Both the position numbers and the translations under genes were made by a program. A stretch of DNA of 32,000 nucleotides from Bacillus subtilis subsp. subtilis str. 168. Lineage in GTDB: Bacteria; Bacillota; Bacilli; Bacillales; Bacillaceae. Where the stretch lies: NCBI RefSeq assembly GCF_000009045.1, contig NC_000964.3:270001-302000 (forward strand), read 5' to 3'. A model generated the notes under the pieces. The model saw only the letters and a list, made by a program, of their open reading frames with translations, was not told the origin of the DNA and ran no database searches. Of this stretch, positions 1 to 9,058 are shown one piece after another. Position 1 is the first letter of the stretch. Every line of letters begins with the position of its first letter.

Positions 1-312
1 ATTGCCCAGGAGGAAATTTTCGGTCCGGTGATCGCCTTGATCAAGGTGGACTCGATAGAGGAGGCGCTGAACATCGCCAATGATGTGAAGTTCGGTTTAA
101 GTGCATCCATCTTCACGGAAAACATCGGCCGAATGCTTTCTTTCATTGATGAAATCGATGCCGGGCTGGTTCGGATCAATGCAGAAAGCGCAGGTGTTGA
201 GCTGCAGGCGCCTTTTGGCGGCATGAAGCAGTCGAGCTCCCACTCCCGAGAACAGGGTGAGGCAGCGAAGGACTTTTTCACAGCGATCAAAACTGTTTTT
301 GTGAAGCCGTAA
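1..312 (+). CDS. ycbD: 3' end of an aldehyde dehydrogenase (ketoglutarate semialdehyde dehydrogenase type), truncated by the left edge
   Basis: Open frame from base 1 ([16 protein letters not shown]...[27 protein letters not shown]) carries the typical ALDH C-terminal EEIFGP and PFGG-K-S motifs; adjacent to gudP-gudD. Confidence 0.93.
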   Translation: MAQEEIFGPVIALIKVDSIEEALNIANDVKFGLSASIFTENIGRMLSFIDEIDAGLVRINAESAGVELQAPFGGMKQSSSHSREQGEAAKDFFTAIKTVFVKP

Positions 313-395
313 TGGTGCTGGAAAGAGGCGTGCGTCTCTTTCCCGGTTTATCACAACCAGCATATGATTCTCTACTTTGAAAAGGAGAAGATACT

Positions 396-1763
396 ATGAA
401 AAAAGACTTTGCGAGTGTTACTCCGGCGGGCAAAAAAACGTCCGTGCGCTGGTTCATCGTGTTTATGCTGTTTCTTGTGACCTCTATTAACTACGCGGAT
501 CGAGCGACGCTTTCCATCACCGGAGATTCCGTCCAGCACGATTTGGGATTGGACTCGGTCGCCATGGGATATGTCTTTTCTGCCTTTGGCTGGGCCTATG
601 TCATCGGACAGCTTCCGGGCGGCTGGCTGCTGGACCGTTTTGGTTCAAAGACTATCATTGCGTTAAGCATCTTTTTCTGGTCGTTTTTTACGTTGCTGCA
701 AGGGGCGATTGGCTTTTTCTCCGCCGGCACAGCGATTATCCTGCTGTTTGCACTGCGTTTTCTGGTTGGTTTATCAGAAGCGCCTTCATTTCCCGGAAAC
801 GGCAGAGTTGTTGCCTCATGGTTTCCAAGCTCCGAGCGCGGGACAGCTTCAGCCTTTTTTAATTCAGCACAATACTTCGCAATCGTCATTTTTTCTCCTT
901 TAATGGGCTGGCTTACCCACTCTTTCGGCTGGCATTCCGTTTTCGTTGTCATGGGTATTGCAGGCATTCTTCTGGCTGTCATCTGGCTAAAAACGGTGTA
1001 TGAACCGAAAAAACATCCGAAGGTTAATGAAGCTGAGCTTGCGTACATCGAACAGGGCGGCGGGCTGATTTCCATGGATGACAGTAAAAGCAAACAAGAA
1101 ACAGAATCGAAATGGCCGTATATCAAACAGCTGTTAACGAACCGCATGCTGATTGGCGTGTACATCGCGCAATACTGTATTACGACTCTCACCTATTTCT
1201 TTCTCACATGGTTTCCGGTATATTTGGTTCAGGCCCGCGGCATGTCTATTCTTGAAGCTGGGTTTGTCGCTTCCCTGCCGGCGCTGTGCGGATTTGCCGG
1301 CGGCGTGCTTGGGGGCATTGTGTCAGACATCTTACTCAAAAAAGGCCGTTCACTGACCTTTGCAAGAAAAGTGCCAATCATTGCCGGCATGCTGCTGTCT
1401 TGCAGTATGATTGTCTGTAACTACACAGATTCAGCATGGCTCGTCGTTGTCATTATGTCGCTCGCGTTTTTCGGAAAAGGCTTCGGCGCATTGGGTTGGG
1501 CTGTCGTGTCGGACACGTCTCCGAAAGAATGTGCAGGATTAAGCGGCGGTTTGTTCAACACTTTCGGGAATATTGCCTCAATTACAACACCGATTATTAT
1601 CGGATACATTGTCAATGCCACTGGATCTTTCAATGGCGCGCTTGTGTTTGTCGGCGCTAACGCGATTGCGGCGATCCTCAGCTATTTGCTGCTGGTCGGG
1701 CCGATCAAACGGGTCGTGTTAAAGAAACAAGAACAAGACCCCGATCAATCGTTGCCTGTCTAA
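396..1763 (+). CDS. gudP: MFS glucarate/galactarate transporter
   Basis: 455 aa; 12-TM MFS protein with YADRATLSI near the N-terminus; SD 'aaggag' upstream; precedes gudD. Confidence 0.95.
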   Translation: MKKDFASVTPAGKKTSVRWFIVFMLFLVTSINYADRATLSITGDSVQHDLGLDSVAMGYVFSAFGWAYVIGQLPGGWLLDRFGSKTIIALSIFFWSFFTLLQGAIGFFSAGTAIILLFALRFLVGLSEAPSFPGNGRVVASWFPSSERGTASAFFNSAQYFAIVIFSPLMGWLTHSFGWHSVFVVMGIAGILLAVIWLKTVYEPKKHPKVNEAELAYIEQGGGLISMDDSKSKQETESKWPYIKQLLTNRMLIGVYIAQYCITTLTYFFLTWFPVYLVQARGMSILEAGFVASLPALCGFAGGVLGGIVSDILLKKGRSLTFARKVPIIAGMLLSCSMIVCNYTDSAWLVVVIMSLAFFGKGFGALGWAVVSDTSPKECAGLSGGLFNTFGNIASITTPIIIGYIVNATGSFNGALVFVGANAIAAILSYLLLVGPIKRVVLKKQEQDPDQSLPV

Positions 1764-1769
1764 TATTTA

Positions 1770-1783
1770 TGAAAGCGCTTTAT
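1770..1783 (+). promoter_or_regulatory. Possible catabolite-responsive element (cre), TGAAAGCGCTTTAT
   Basis: Near match to the TGWAANCGNTNWCA cre consensus in the gudP-gudD gap. Confidence 0.45.
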
Positions 1784-1799
1784 AAAGGGAGGAAAATGC

Positions 1800-3167
1800 A
1801 TGAGTTCACCGATACAAGAGCAGGTTCAAAAAGAAAAAAGATCGAATATTCCCTCAATTTCTGAAATGAAGGTGATTCCTGTTGCGGGACATGACAGCAT
1901 GCTGCTGAATCTAAGCGGAGCACACAGCCCGTTTTTTACCCGGAATATCGTAATCTTAACAGACAGCAGCGGAAATCAGGGAGTCGGCGAGGTGCCTGGC
2001 GGAGAGCATATTCGCCGCACACTGGAGCTGTCAGAGCCGCTTGTTGTCGGAAAATCTATCGGTGCGTACCAGGCGATATTGCAAACGGTCAGAAAGCAGT
2101 TTGGCGATCAGGACAGGGGAGGGCGAGGAAACCAGACGTTTGATTTGCGCACCACTGTGCACGCCGTCACCGCACTGGAAGCGGCTTTGTTGGATTTGCT
2201 TGGAAAGTTTCTTCAGGAACCGGTCGCGGCTTTGCTGGGCGAAGGGAAGCAGCGTGATGAAGTAAAAATGCTCGGTTACCTCTTTTACATCGGCGACCGA
2301 AATCGGACGACCTTGCCGTATCAAAGCGATGAGCAGTCAGATTGTGCGTGGTTCCGTCTGCGCCATGAGGAAGCGCTGACGCCGGAGGCCATTGTGCGTC
2401 TTGCCGAATCCGCACAGGAGCGCTATGGCTTTCAGGATTTCAAATTGAAAGGCGGGGTGCTGCGGGGAGAAGAGGAAATCGAAGCTGTTACCGCATTATC
2501 GAAACGTTTTCCAGAGGCAAGGATCACTCTTGATCCGAACGGGGCATGGTCATTAGAGGAAGCTATTGCATTATGCAAAGGAAAGCAAGATGTGCTCGCG
2601 TATGCGGAAGATCCATGCGGGGATGAGAATGGCTACTCCGCTCGTGAAGTAATGGCTGAATTCCGCCGCGCGACAGGGCTTCCGACTGCGACAAATATGA
2701 TTGCGACTGACTGGCGGGAAATGGGTCACGCGATTCAGCTCCACGCGGTCGATATACCGCTGGCTGATCCGCATTTTTGGACGATGCAAGGGTCGGTGCG
2801 GGTTGCGCAAATGTGCCATGATTGGGGTTTGACATGGGGCTCGCACTCCAACAACCACTTTGATATTTCCCTTGCGATGTTTACCCATGTGGCAGCAGCG
2901 GCTCCGGGGCGGATCACGGCGATTGATACCCATTGGATCTGGCAGGACGGGCAGCGATTAACGAAACAGCCTTTTGAGATTTCTTCTGGCTGTGTCAAGG
3001 TGCCGGATAAGCCTGGACTAGGCGTCGATATTGATATGGAACAAGTGGAAAAAGCGCATGAGATCTATCGGAAAATGAATTTAGGCGCACGGAATGATGC
3101 GATCCCAATGCAGTTCCTGATCAGCAACTGGGAATTTGACCGGAAGCGCCCGTGTCTTGTGCGATAA
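1800..3167 (+). CDS. gudD: Glucarate dehydratase (enolase superfamily)
   Basis: 455 aa; enolase-superfamily motifs ([18 protein letters not shown]); SD 'gggagg' upstream. Confidence 0.95.
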   Translation: MSSPIQEQVQKEKRSNIPSISEMKVIPVAGHDSMLLNLSGAHSPFFTRNIVILTDSSGNQGVGEVPGGEHIRRTLELSEPLVVGKSIGAYQAILQTVRKQFGDQDRGGRGNQTFDLRTTVHAVTALEAALLDLLGKFLQEPVAALLGEGKQRDEVKMLGYLFYIGDRNRTTLPYQSDEQSDCAWFRLRHEEALTPEAIVRLAESAQERYGFQDFKLKGGVLRGEEEIEAVTALSKRFPEARITLDPNGAWSLEEAIALCKGKQDVLAYAEDPCGDENGYSAREVMAEFRRATGLPTATNMIATDWREMGHAIQLHAVDIPLADPHFWTMQGSVRVAQMCHDWGLTWGSHSNNHFDISLAMFTHVAAAAPGRITAIDTHWIWQDGQRLTKQPFEISSGCVKVPDKPGLGVDIDMEQVEKAHEIYRKMNLGARNDAIPMQFLISNWEFDRKRPCLVR

Positions 3168-3236
3168 GTTTGATTGTAAATATTGTCATATCCGCTATTT
3201 TGTCTTACAATTGAACAACTGAAGGGAGAGTTGTTC

Positions 3237-3938
3237 GTGTACGAAGGTTTAGAGGATTTGAAAGTCGATACAGTCAATCGGAAAACATTAGCCAAGCAGG
3301 TCATCGAACGGATTGTCCATTTATTATCGAGCGGACAGTTGAGGGCCGGAGACAAATTGCCGACAGAAATGGAACTGATGGACATTTTGCATGTCAGCAG
3401 GCCGGTGCTACGGGAAGCACTCAGTTCACTTGAAACGCTGGGCGTCATTACGAGAAAAACACGAGGGGGCACATATTTCAACGATAAAATCGGCATGCAG
3501 CCATTTTCCGTCATGCTTGCTTTGGCCACTGATAATCTTCCGGCTATCATTGAAGCGCGGATGGCGCTAGAACTCGGGCTCGTGACAATTGCCGCGGAAA
3601 AAATCAATGAGGAAGAGCTTCAGCGTTTGCAGAAGACGATCGACGATATTGCCAACAGCACTGACAATCATTATGGTGAAGCGGATAAAGAGTTCCATCG
3701 AATTATTGCGTTAAGCGCCAATAACCCCGTCGTTGAAGGGATGATTCAGTCCCTGCTGATCACCCATGCGAAAATTGACAGCCAAATTCCGTACAGGGAG
3801 AGAGATGTAACGGTCGAATATCACAAAAAAATCTACGACGCCCTTGCCAAAAGAGATCCGTACAAAGCACATTACCACATGTATGAGCATCTGAAATTTG
3901 TCCGTGACAAAATTCTAAAAGGAATGGATGAAAAATAA
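3237..3938 (+). CDS. ycbG: GntR/FadR-family transcriptional regulator
   Basis: N-terminal wHTH (GQLRAGDKLPTEMELMDILHVSRPVLREALSSLETLGVI) and FCD-type C-terminal domain. GTG start at 3237 chosen because SD 'gaagggagag' lies just upstream; the track ORF starts at 3183. Confidence 0.88.
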   Translation: MYEGLEDLKVDTVNRKTLAKQVIERIVHLLSSGQLRAGDKLPTEMELMDILHVSRPVLREALSSLETLGVITRKTRGGTYFNDKIGMQPFSVMLALATDNLPAIIEARMALELGLVTIAAEKINEEELQRLQKTIDDIANSTDNHYGEADKEFHRIIALSANNPVVEGMIQSLLITHAKIDSQIPYRERDVTVEYHKKIYDALAKRDPYKAHYHMYEHLKFVRDKILKGMDEK

Positions 3939-3946
3939 TGGTGAGC

Positions 3947-3980
3947 AACCGCAGTTGAAACGTAAGAGCTGCGGTTTTTT
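3947..3980 (+). terminator. Rho-independent terminator after ycbG
   Basis: AACCGCAG / CTGCGGTT stem followed by a T tract. Confidence 0.8.
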
Positions 3981-3991
3981 TAAACCAATTT

Positions 3992-4005
3992 AGAAAACGC
4001 TTACT
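3992..4005 (+). promoter_or_regulatory. Possible cre site upstream of garD (AGAAAACGCTTACT)
   Basis: Resembles the cre core (AAACGCTTAC) about 25 bp before the garD start. Confidence 0.4.
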
Positions 4006-4028
4006 AAAATATGAGGAGTGATTTTCAT

Positions 4029-5561
4029 ATGGCGATGAACCTCAGGAAGAACCAAGCCCCCCTTTACATCAAAGTGCATGAAATAGATAACACCGCGATT
4101 ATTGTAAATGATGGAGGGCTGCCAAAGGGCACTGTTTTCTCATGCGGGCTCGTACTTGAAGAGGATGTTCCTCAAGGCCATAAGGTGGCCCTCACCGATC
4201 TCAATCAAGGGGACGAGATCGTGCGTTACGGAGAGGTGATCGGATTTGCTGATGAGACGATCAAACGCGGGAGCTGGATACGGGAAGCCCTCGTGAGAAT
4301 GCCCGCTCCTCCGGCGTTAGACGATCTTCCTCTCGCAAACAGGGTGCCGCAGCCGCGGCCCCCACTTGAAGGATATACATTTGAAGGATACCGAAATGCG
4401 GATGGCAGTGCGGGGACAAAAAATATCCTCGGCATCACGACAAGTGTTCAATGTGTTGTTGGCGTTTTGGATTATGCAGTCAAACGAATAAAAGAAGAGC
4501 TGCTGCCGAAATACCCAAATGTCGATGACGTTGTGCCGCTGCATCATCAATACGGATGCGGCGTGGCGATCAATGCGCCCGACGCTGTCATTCCGATCCG
4601 CACGATTCAAAATCTTGCGAAGCATCCGAACTTCGGCGGTGAAGTAATGGTAATCGGATTGGGATGTGAAAAGCTCCTCCCGGAAAGAATTGCCTCCGAA
4701 AATGATGATGACATTCTATCGCTCCAGGATCACCGAGGTTTTGCGGCGATGATCCAATCCATTTTGGAAATGGCGGAGGAACGGTTAATCAGGCTGAACA
4801 GCAGAACCCGGGTGTCATGCCCTGTTTCGGATCTGGTTATCGGCCTGCAATGCGGCGGCAGTGATGCGTTTTCCGGCGTGACGGCGAACCCTGCCGTGGG
4901 GTATGCGGCTGATTTATTGGTTCGCGCAGGTGCAACGGTTTTGTTTTCTGAAGTGACAGAGGTGCGGGATGCCATTCATTTATTAACGCCGCGGGCTGTC
5001 AGTGAAGAGGTCGGACAATCGCTGATCAAAGAGATGAAGTGGTATGACAGCTATCTTCGGCGGGGAGACGCAGACCGTAGCGCAAACCCGTCACCAGGCA
5101 ATAAAAAAGGCGGATTATCCAATGTGGTGGAAAAAGCGTTAGGTTCGGTAGCGAAATCAGGCACAAGCCCCATCTCCGGCGTGCTCGGCCCTGGTGAAAG
5201 AGCAAAGCAAAAAGGCCTGCTGTTCGCGGCGACACCGGCAAGCGATTTTGTGTGCGGCACCCTGCAGCTGGCTGCGGGCATGAATTTGCAGGTGTTTACG
5301 ACAGGGAGAGGAACACCATATGGCCTGGCTGCTGCGCCGGTTCTGAAAGTATCGACGCGGCATTCCTTATCAGAGCATTGGGCTGATTTAATCGATATCA
5401 ATGCCGGCCGAATCGCGACAGGAGAGGCCAGTATCGAAGACGTAGGCTGGGAAATCTTCAGGACGATTTTGGATGTGGCAAGCGGCCGCAAACAAACGTG
5501 GGCAGACCGTTGGGGTCTTCATAATGATTTGTGCTTGTTTAATCCTGCTCCAGTGACTTGA
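4029..5561 (+). CDS. garD: Galactarate dehydratase
   Basis: UxaA/GarD-family protein ([34 protein letters not shown]). ATG 4029 preferred over 4011 because the 'gaggag' SD overlaps the first codons of the longer ORF; gives 510 aa. Confidence 0.93.
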
Positions 5562-5637
5562 TTCATGTTTTTATAGCGGAAAGATGGAATATGCTGTAAA
5601 ATGAAAATCAGCGTATAGGAAACGGAGGGGTTACAGC

Positions 5638-5676
5638 ATGGCATTCATTAGATTCCGAGTGACACGAATTCAATAG
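5638..5676 (+). CDS. Putative regulatory leader peptide MAFIRFRVTRIQ upstream of ycbJ
   Basis: 12 codons plus TAG; strong SD 'ggagggg' 7 nt upstream; contains Arg-Phe-Arg; followed by hairpins and a terminator before ycbJ. Confidence 0.6.
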   Translation: MAFIRFRVTRIQ

Positions 5677-5683
5677 TGAACAA

Positions 5684-5703
5684 CTCTCGCCTGAATGCGA
5701 GAG
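5684..5703 (+). promoter_or_regulatory. Leader hairpin CTCTCGC-(ctgaat)-GCGAGAG
   Basis: Perfect 7-bp stem with 6-nt loop, 7 nt after the leader ORF stop codon. Confidence 0.7.
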
Positions 5704-5752
5704 AATCGGGATGAATCCGCCTATGTATGAGCCCTTATATGGTTATCAAAAA

Positions 5753-5778
5753 AGAGGGTGGCGTGCCTGCCCTTTTTT
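5753..5778 (+). terminator. Probable attenuator terminator before ycbJ
   Basis: GAGGGtGG-(cgtg)-CCtgCCC followed by TTTTTT; lies 60 nt before the ycbJ start, so it would block transcription of ycbJ. Confidence 0.65.
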
Positions 5779-5837
5779 GTGCCTTCAAGCATCCCTTCTC
5801 TCTACTGCAGGCCGGAGCATGAGAAAGGGGAAATGGG

Positions 5838-6758
5838 ATGACAAACCTTAACGAAAAACAGCTTATCACTGAGATTGTCGGGCTTGCACGCAGCCAAGGT
5901 TTGACGGTTCATTCTGAGAACGCGCAATTGAATGAAACCGGAATGGACTTTCAAGTTGTATTTGCCAAGGACGACACAGGTATGCCATGGGTGCTGCGAA
6001 AACCGCGGCGAAGTGATGTTGTGGAAAGAGCATCTGCAGAAGGCATAACGCTTGCCTTTCTCCGCGCGAATCTGACTGCTGATGTGCCGGATTGGAGAAT
6101 TCATACACCGGAATTGATCGCTTACCCCATGTTAAAAGGAACGCCGGCTGCTGGAATTGACTTGGAACAAAAGCAATATGTATGGAATATGGATCATCAG
6201 CCGCCGTCAGACGACTTTGTCCGCACACTTGCCGACATACTGGCTGAATTACATGGCACGGATCAAATATCTGCTGGGCAATCCGGAATAGAAGTGATAA
6301 GGCCAGAAGATTTCAGGCAAATGACAGCAGACTCTATGGTTGATGTGAAGAATAAGCTTGGCGTATCTACGACGCTTTGGGAAAGATGGCAAAAGTGGGT
6401 AGATGATGATGCATACTGGCCGGGTTTCTCTTCTTTGATACACGGCGATCTCCACCCGCCGCATATCCTTATCGATCAAAATGGACGTGTCACAGGACTT
6501 CTGGATTGGACAGAAGCGAAGGTTGCTGACCCAGCCAAGGATTTTGTTCTTTATCAAACCATTTTCGGAGAAAAAGAAACTGCCCGTTTGCTTGAATACT
6601 ATGATCAAGCAGGCGGCCGAATATGGGCAAAAATGCAGGAACACATCTCAGAGATGCAGGCGGCGTATCCGGTGGAAATCGCCAAGCTAGCTCTGCAAAC
6701 ACAGCAGGAGGAACACATCAATATGGCGCTGGAAGCACTTGGTGTAACATCGGATTAA
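5838..6758 (+). CDS. ycbJ: Macrolide 2'-phosphotransferase / aminoglycoside-phosphotransferase-family protein
   Basis: 306 aa; APH fold motifs (MPWVLRKPRR, LIHGDLHPPHILID, VTGLLDWTEAKVADPAKDF); SD 'aaagggg' upstream. Confidence 0.9.
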   Translation: MTNLNEKQLITEIVGLARSQGLTVHSENAQLNETGMDFQVVFAKDDTGMPWVLRKPRRSDVVERASAEGITLAFLRANLTADVPDWRIHTPELIAYPMLKGTPAAGIDLEQKQYVWNMDHQPPSDDFVRTLADILAELHGTDQISAGQSGIEVIRPEDFRQMTADSMVDVKNKLGVSTTLWERWQKWVDDDAYWPGFSSLIHGDLHPPHILIDQNGRVTGLLDWTEAKVADPAKDFVLYQTIFGEKETARLLEYYDQAGGRIWAKMQEHISEMQAAYPVEIAKLALQTQQEEHINMALEALGVTSD

Positions 6759-6799
6759 GAATTGACTTCGTTTCATGAACCGAGTATTATAAACTCTAC

Positions 6800-7080
6800 A
6801 AATAATAGAACGGATTAACAATCGTGAGGAAGAGCAAGTACGCATCAGAATGGAGGTTCAGAGAGTCGGTGGCAGGTGTGAACCGATCCTCCCCTGATGC
6901 CGAATGGGCTTCTGAATTGCTTTGCTGAACGGATAGTAGGCGATGCCGGGTTTCTCTCCCCGTTACCAAGAGAGGAGTATCGAAACATAGGTTTTCTGTA
7001 CTTAGAGTGAACGGCTGTATAGCTGTTAATAAAGGTGGTACCGCGAGACCCTCGTCCTTTGCATAGGACGGGGGTTTTTT
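6800..7080 (+). promoter_or_regulatory. T-box leader, tRNA-Trp responsive; 5' boundary approximate
   Basis: Conserved T-box AAAGGTGGTACCGCG at 7032-7045, terminator CCCTCGTCC/GGACGGGGG + T6 at 7049-7080, and probable specifier TGG at 6905-6907 in the 'ccgaaTGGgc' context. Confidence 0.93.
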
Positions 7081-7106
7081 GTGTTTCTTAAAGGAGGTGA
7101 CGGCCA

Positions 7107-7139
7107 ATGTACGATGGCTGGTGGTGGCATAGCAGATGA
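7107..7139 (+). CDS. rtpLP: Trp-rich leader peptide MYDGWWWHSR
   Basis: ATG TAC GAT GGC TGG TGG TGG CAT AGC AGA TGA with SD 'aaggaggtga'; between T-box terminator and rtpA. Confidence 0.9.
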   Translation: MYDGWWWHSR

Positions 7140-7159
7140 GTTAGAAAGGAGGATATCAA

Positions 7160-7321
7160 ATGGTCATTGCAACTGATGATCTTGAGGTCGCATGTCCTAA
7201 ATGTGAAAGAGCGGGAGAAATCGAAGGAACACCTTGCCCGGCCTGCAGCGGAAAAGGTGTTATTCTGACTGCTCAAGGATATACGCTTCTCGATTTTATC
7301 CAAAAGCATTTGAATAAGTAA
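7160..7321 (+). CDS. rtpA: Anti-TRAP protein (TRAP inhibitor, zinc-binding)
   Basis: 53 aa MVIATDDLEVACPKCERAGEIEGTPCPACSGKGVILTAQGYTLLDFIQKHLNK, two CxxC pairs in a DnaJ-like zinc domain; SD 'aaaggagg'. Missing from the supplied track because it is short. Confidence 0.96.
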   Translation: MVIATDDLEVACPKCERAGEIEGTPCPACSGKGVILTAQGYTLLDFIQKHLNK

Positions 7322-7341
7322 AGGAGAAAAGCTGAGCTGAG

Positions 7342-8280
7342 ATGAGAGCAGAAGAGCAGAGTAAGATTCGTGAGGCCGCAGCAGGTACGATTTTTTTGCT
7401 GATCGGAACAGTTTGTTTTGCGTCTAAATCGATTTGGATAAAATGGGCATACCAAATGGGTGCTGAGCCAGATGCCGTGCTGCTATACAGGCAGCTGCTG
7501 GCTGTTCCGCTGTTTTGGCTGATTTTTTTAATATACCGTCCTCCAATGCCAGACGGTAAGAAAAAAGGAGACCTATGGAAGGCTTGTGGCGCGGGAGTGT
7601 TTTGTTTTTTTCTGTCTCCCTTGCTTGATTTTATCGGGCTGAACCATGTATCCGCAATGGTTGAACGTATATTGCTGATGAGCTATCCGTTGTTTGTGTT
7701 TGGATTCACCGCGTGTCGTGACCGGAAAATGTCCTCAATTCAGGACCTTTTCGCAGTTCTGGCGGTCATGTTTGGGCTTTTCTTGGCGCTGGGCGGCTGG
7801 AATGCTGAGCTTTTCCAGGCGAATATGATTGGAGCTGTATTCATTTTGTTATCTTCGGCCGTCTATGCTGGTTATCTTGTCCTTTCCGGGCATCTCGTCC
7901 ATCAAATCGGAGGGATCCGTCTCAATGCATACGGGATGACAGCTGCTGGAGCTGCCATGATGCTTTACACAGGGATAAAATCGGCGGCTGGCATGAATAC
8001 GCCAATGGCAGCATATCCGCTTTCTATGTATGGTTTGTTCGCAGTAATTGCAGTCGTTACCACAGTGATTCCATTTGTGCTAATGCTTGAGGGCATAAAA
8101 CGAATCGGGGCACAGCGAGCCGCCGCCATTTCAATGGCAGGGCCTATCCTGACGATTTTCTATGGAGCTTTATTTCTCGGTGAACGGCTCGGGCTCATTC
8201 AAGTCATTGGATGCGGTGGCGTATTTTTTGTCATTACGGGCATGGAATACAGGAAGCTGAAAACAGGAAAAAAAGAATAA
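7342..8280 (+). CDS. ycbK: EamA/DMT-family transporter
   Basis: 312 aa; multiple TM segments; C-terminal EamA repeat (LEGIKRIGAQRAAAISMAGPILTIFYGALFLGE); 20 bp after rtpA. Confidence 0.9.
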   Translation: MRAEEQSKIREAAAGTIFLLIGTVCFASKSIWIKWAYQMGAEPDAVLLYRQLLAVPLFWLIFLIYRPPMPDGKKKGDLWKACGAGVFCFFLSPLLDFIGLNHVSAMVERILLMSYPLFVFGFTACRDRKMSSIQDLFAVLAVMFGLFLALGGWNAELFQANMIGAVFILLSSAVYAGYLVLSGHLVHQIGGIRLNAYGMTAAGAAMMLYTGIKSAAGMNTPMAAYPLSMYGLFAVIAVVTTVIPFVLMLEGIKRIGAQRAAAISMAGPILTIFYGALFLGERLGLIQVIGCGGVFFVITGMEYRKLKTGKKE

Positions 8281-8287
8281 TTTTTAT

Positions 8288-8339
8288 AAAACACACACGT
8301 TTTTCAATTACAATAAGTGTAATTACGTGTGTGTTTTTT
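8288..8339 (+). terminator. Long stem terminator after ycbK
   Basis: AAACACACACG ... CGTGTGTGTTTTTT, with inner AATTACA/TGTAATT pairing. Confidence 0.8.
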
Positions 8340-8364
8340 GATTTTGTAAAGGTTAGGTGAGGAG

Positions 8365-9057
8365 ATGCAGCGCATATTGCTTGTAGAAGACGACCACTCA
8401 ATCAGTGAAATGGTGGATCATTATTTAACAAAAGAAGGCTTTGGAATTGTGCATGCTTTCGACGGAGAAGAGGGCATCCGGCTGTTTCAGCAGGGTTCAT
8501 ACGATTTGGTCCTCCTTGATATCATGCTCCCGAAGCTGAACGGCATGGATTTTCTGAAAATCATCCGGGAAAAAAGCAATATACCGGTCTTAATGATTTC
8601 GGCAAAAGATGGAGATGTGGACAAGGCATTGGGACTGGGCTTTGGGGCGGATGATTATATCGCCAAACCGTTTTCGATGATTGAGCTGACAGCCCGAGTA
8701 AAAGCCGCGATACGGCGGGCGACGCAATATTCGGCAGAGGAGCCGGCTGTGAATAAGGTGATCCGGATTCACCAGCTTGCGATAGATATAGACAATGTTT
8801 CCGTTTTGAAAAACGGAGAGCCGCTCCAGCTGACGTCAACAGAATGGCAGCTGCTGTGCTTATTTGCATCAAATCCTAAAAAAGTGTTTACGAAAGAACA
8901 AATCTACCGTTCCGTTTGGAATGAAGAGTACTTTGATGATCAGAACATCATTAACGTACATATGCGGCGGCTCAGAGAAAAGATTGAGGATGACCCCTCC
9001 TCCCCTCAATATATTAAAACGTTATGGGGCATCGGTTATAAATTAGGAGAGTTTTAG
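8365..9057 (+). CDS. ycbL: OmpR-family response regulator
   Basis: Receiver domain (LLVEDDHSISEMV, LVLLDIMLPKLNG, KPFSMIEL) and winged-helix DNA-binding domain. Confidence 0.93.
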   Translation: MQRILLVEDDHSISEMVDHYLTKEGFGIVHAFDGEEGIRLFQQGSYDLVLLDIMLPKLNGMDFLKIIREKSNIPVLMISAKDGDVDKALGLGFGADDYIAKPFSMIELTARVKAAIRRATQYSAEEPAVNKVIRIHQLAIDIDNVSVLKNGEPLQLTSTEWQLLCLFASNPKKVFTKEQIYRSVWNEEYFDDQNIINVHMRRLREKIEDDPSSPQYIKTLWGIGYKLGEF

Positions 9058-9058
9058 A

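Noticed and set aside
596-1192. 198-aa minus-strand ORF opposite gudP
   Set aside because: Fully antisense to a strongly recognised MFS gene, low-complexity translation, no SD; typical shadow ORF.
4011-4028. Upstream garD start at 4011
   Set aside because: The gaggag SD lies within these codons, supporting ATG 4029.
5640-5778. Complete T-box riboswitch in front of ycbJ
   Set aside because: Only a GGGTGG fragment is present; no ACCGCG, specifier loop or aminoacyl-tRNA-related gene. The leader-peptide model explains the region better.
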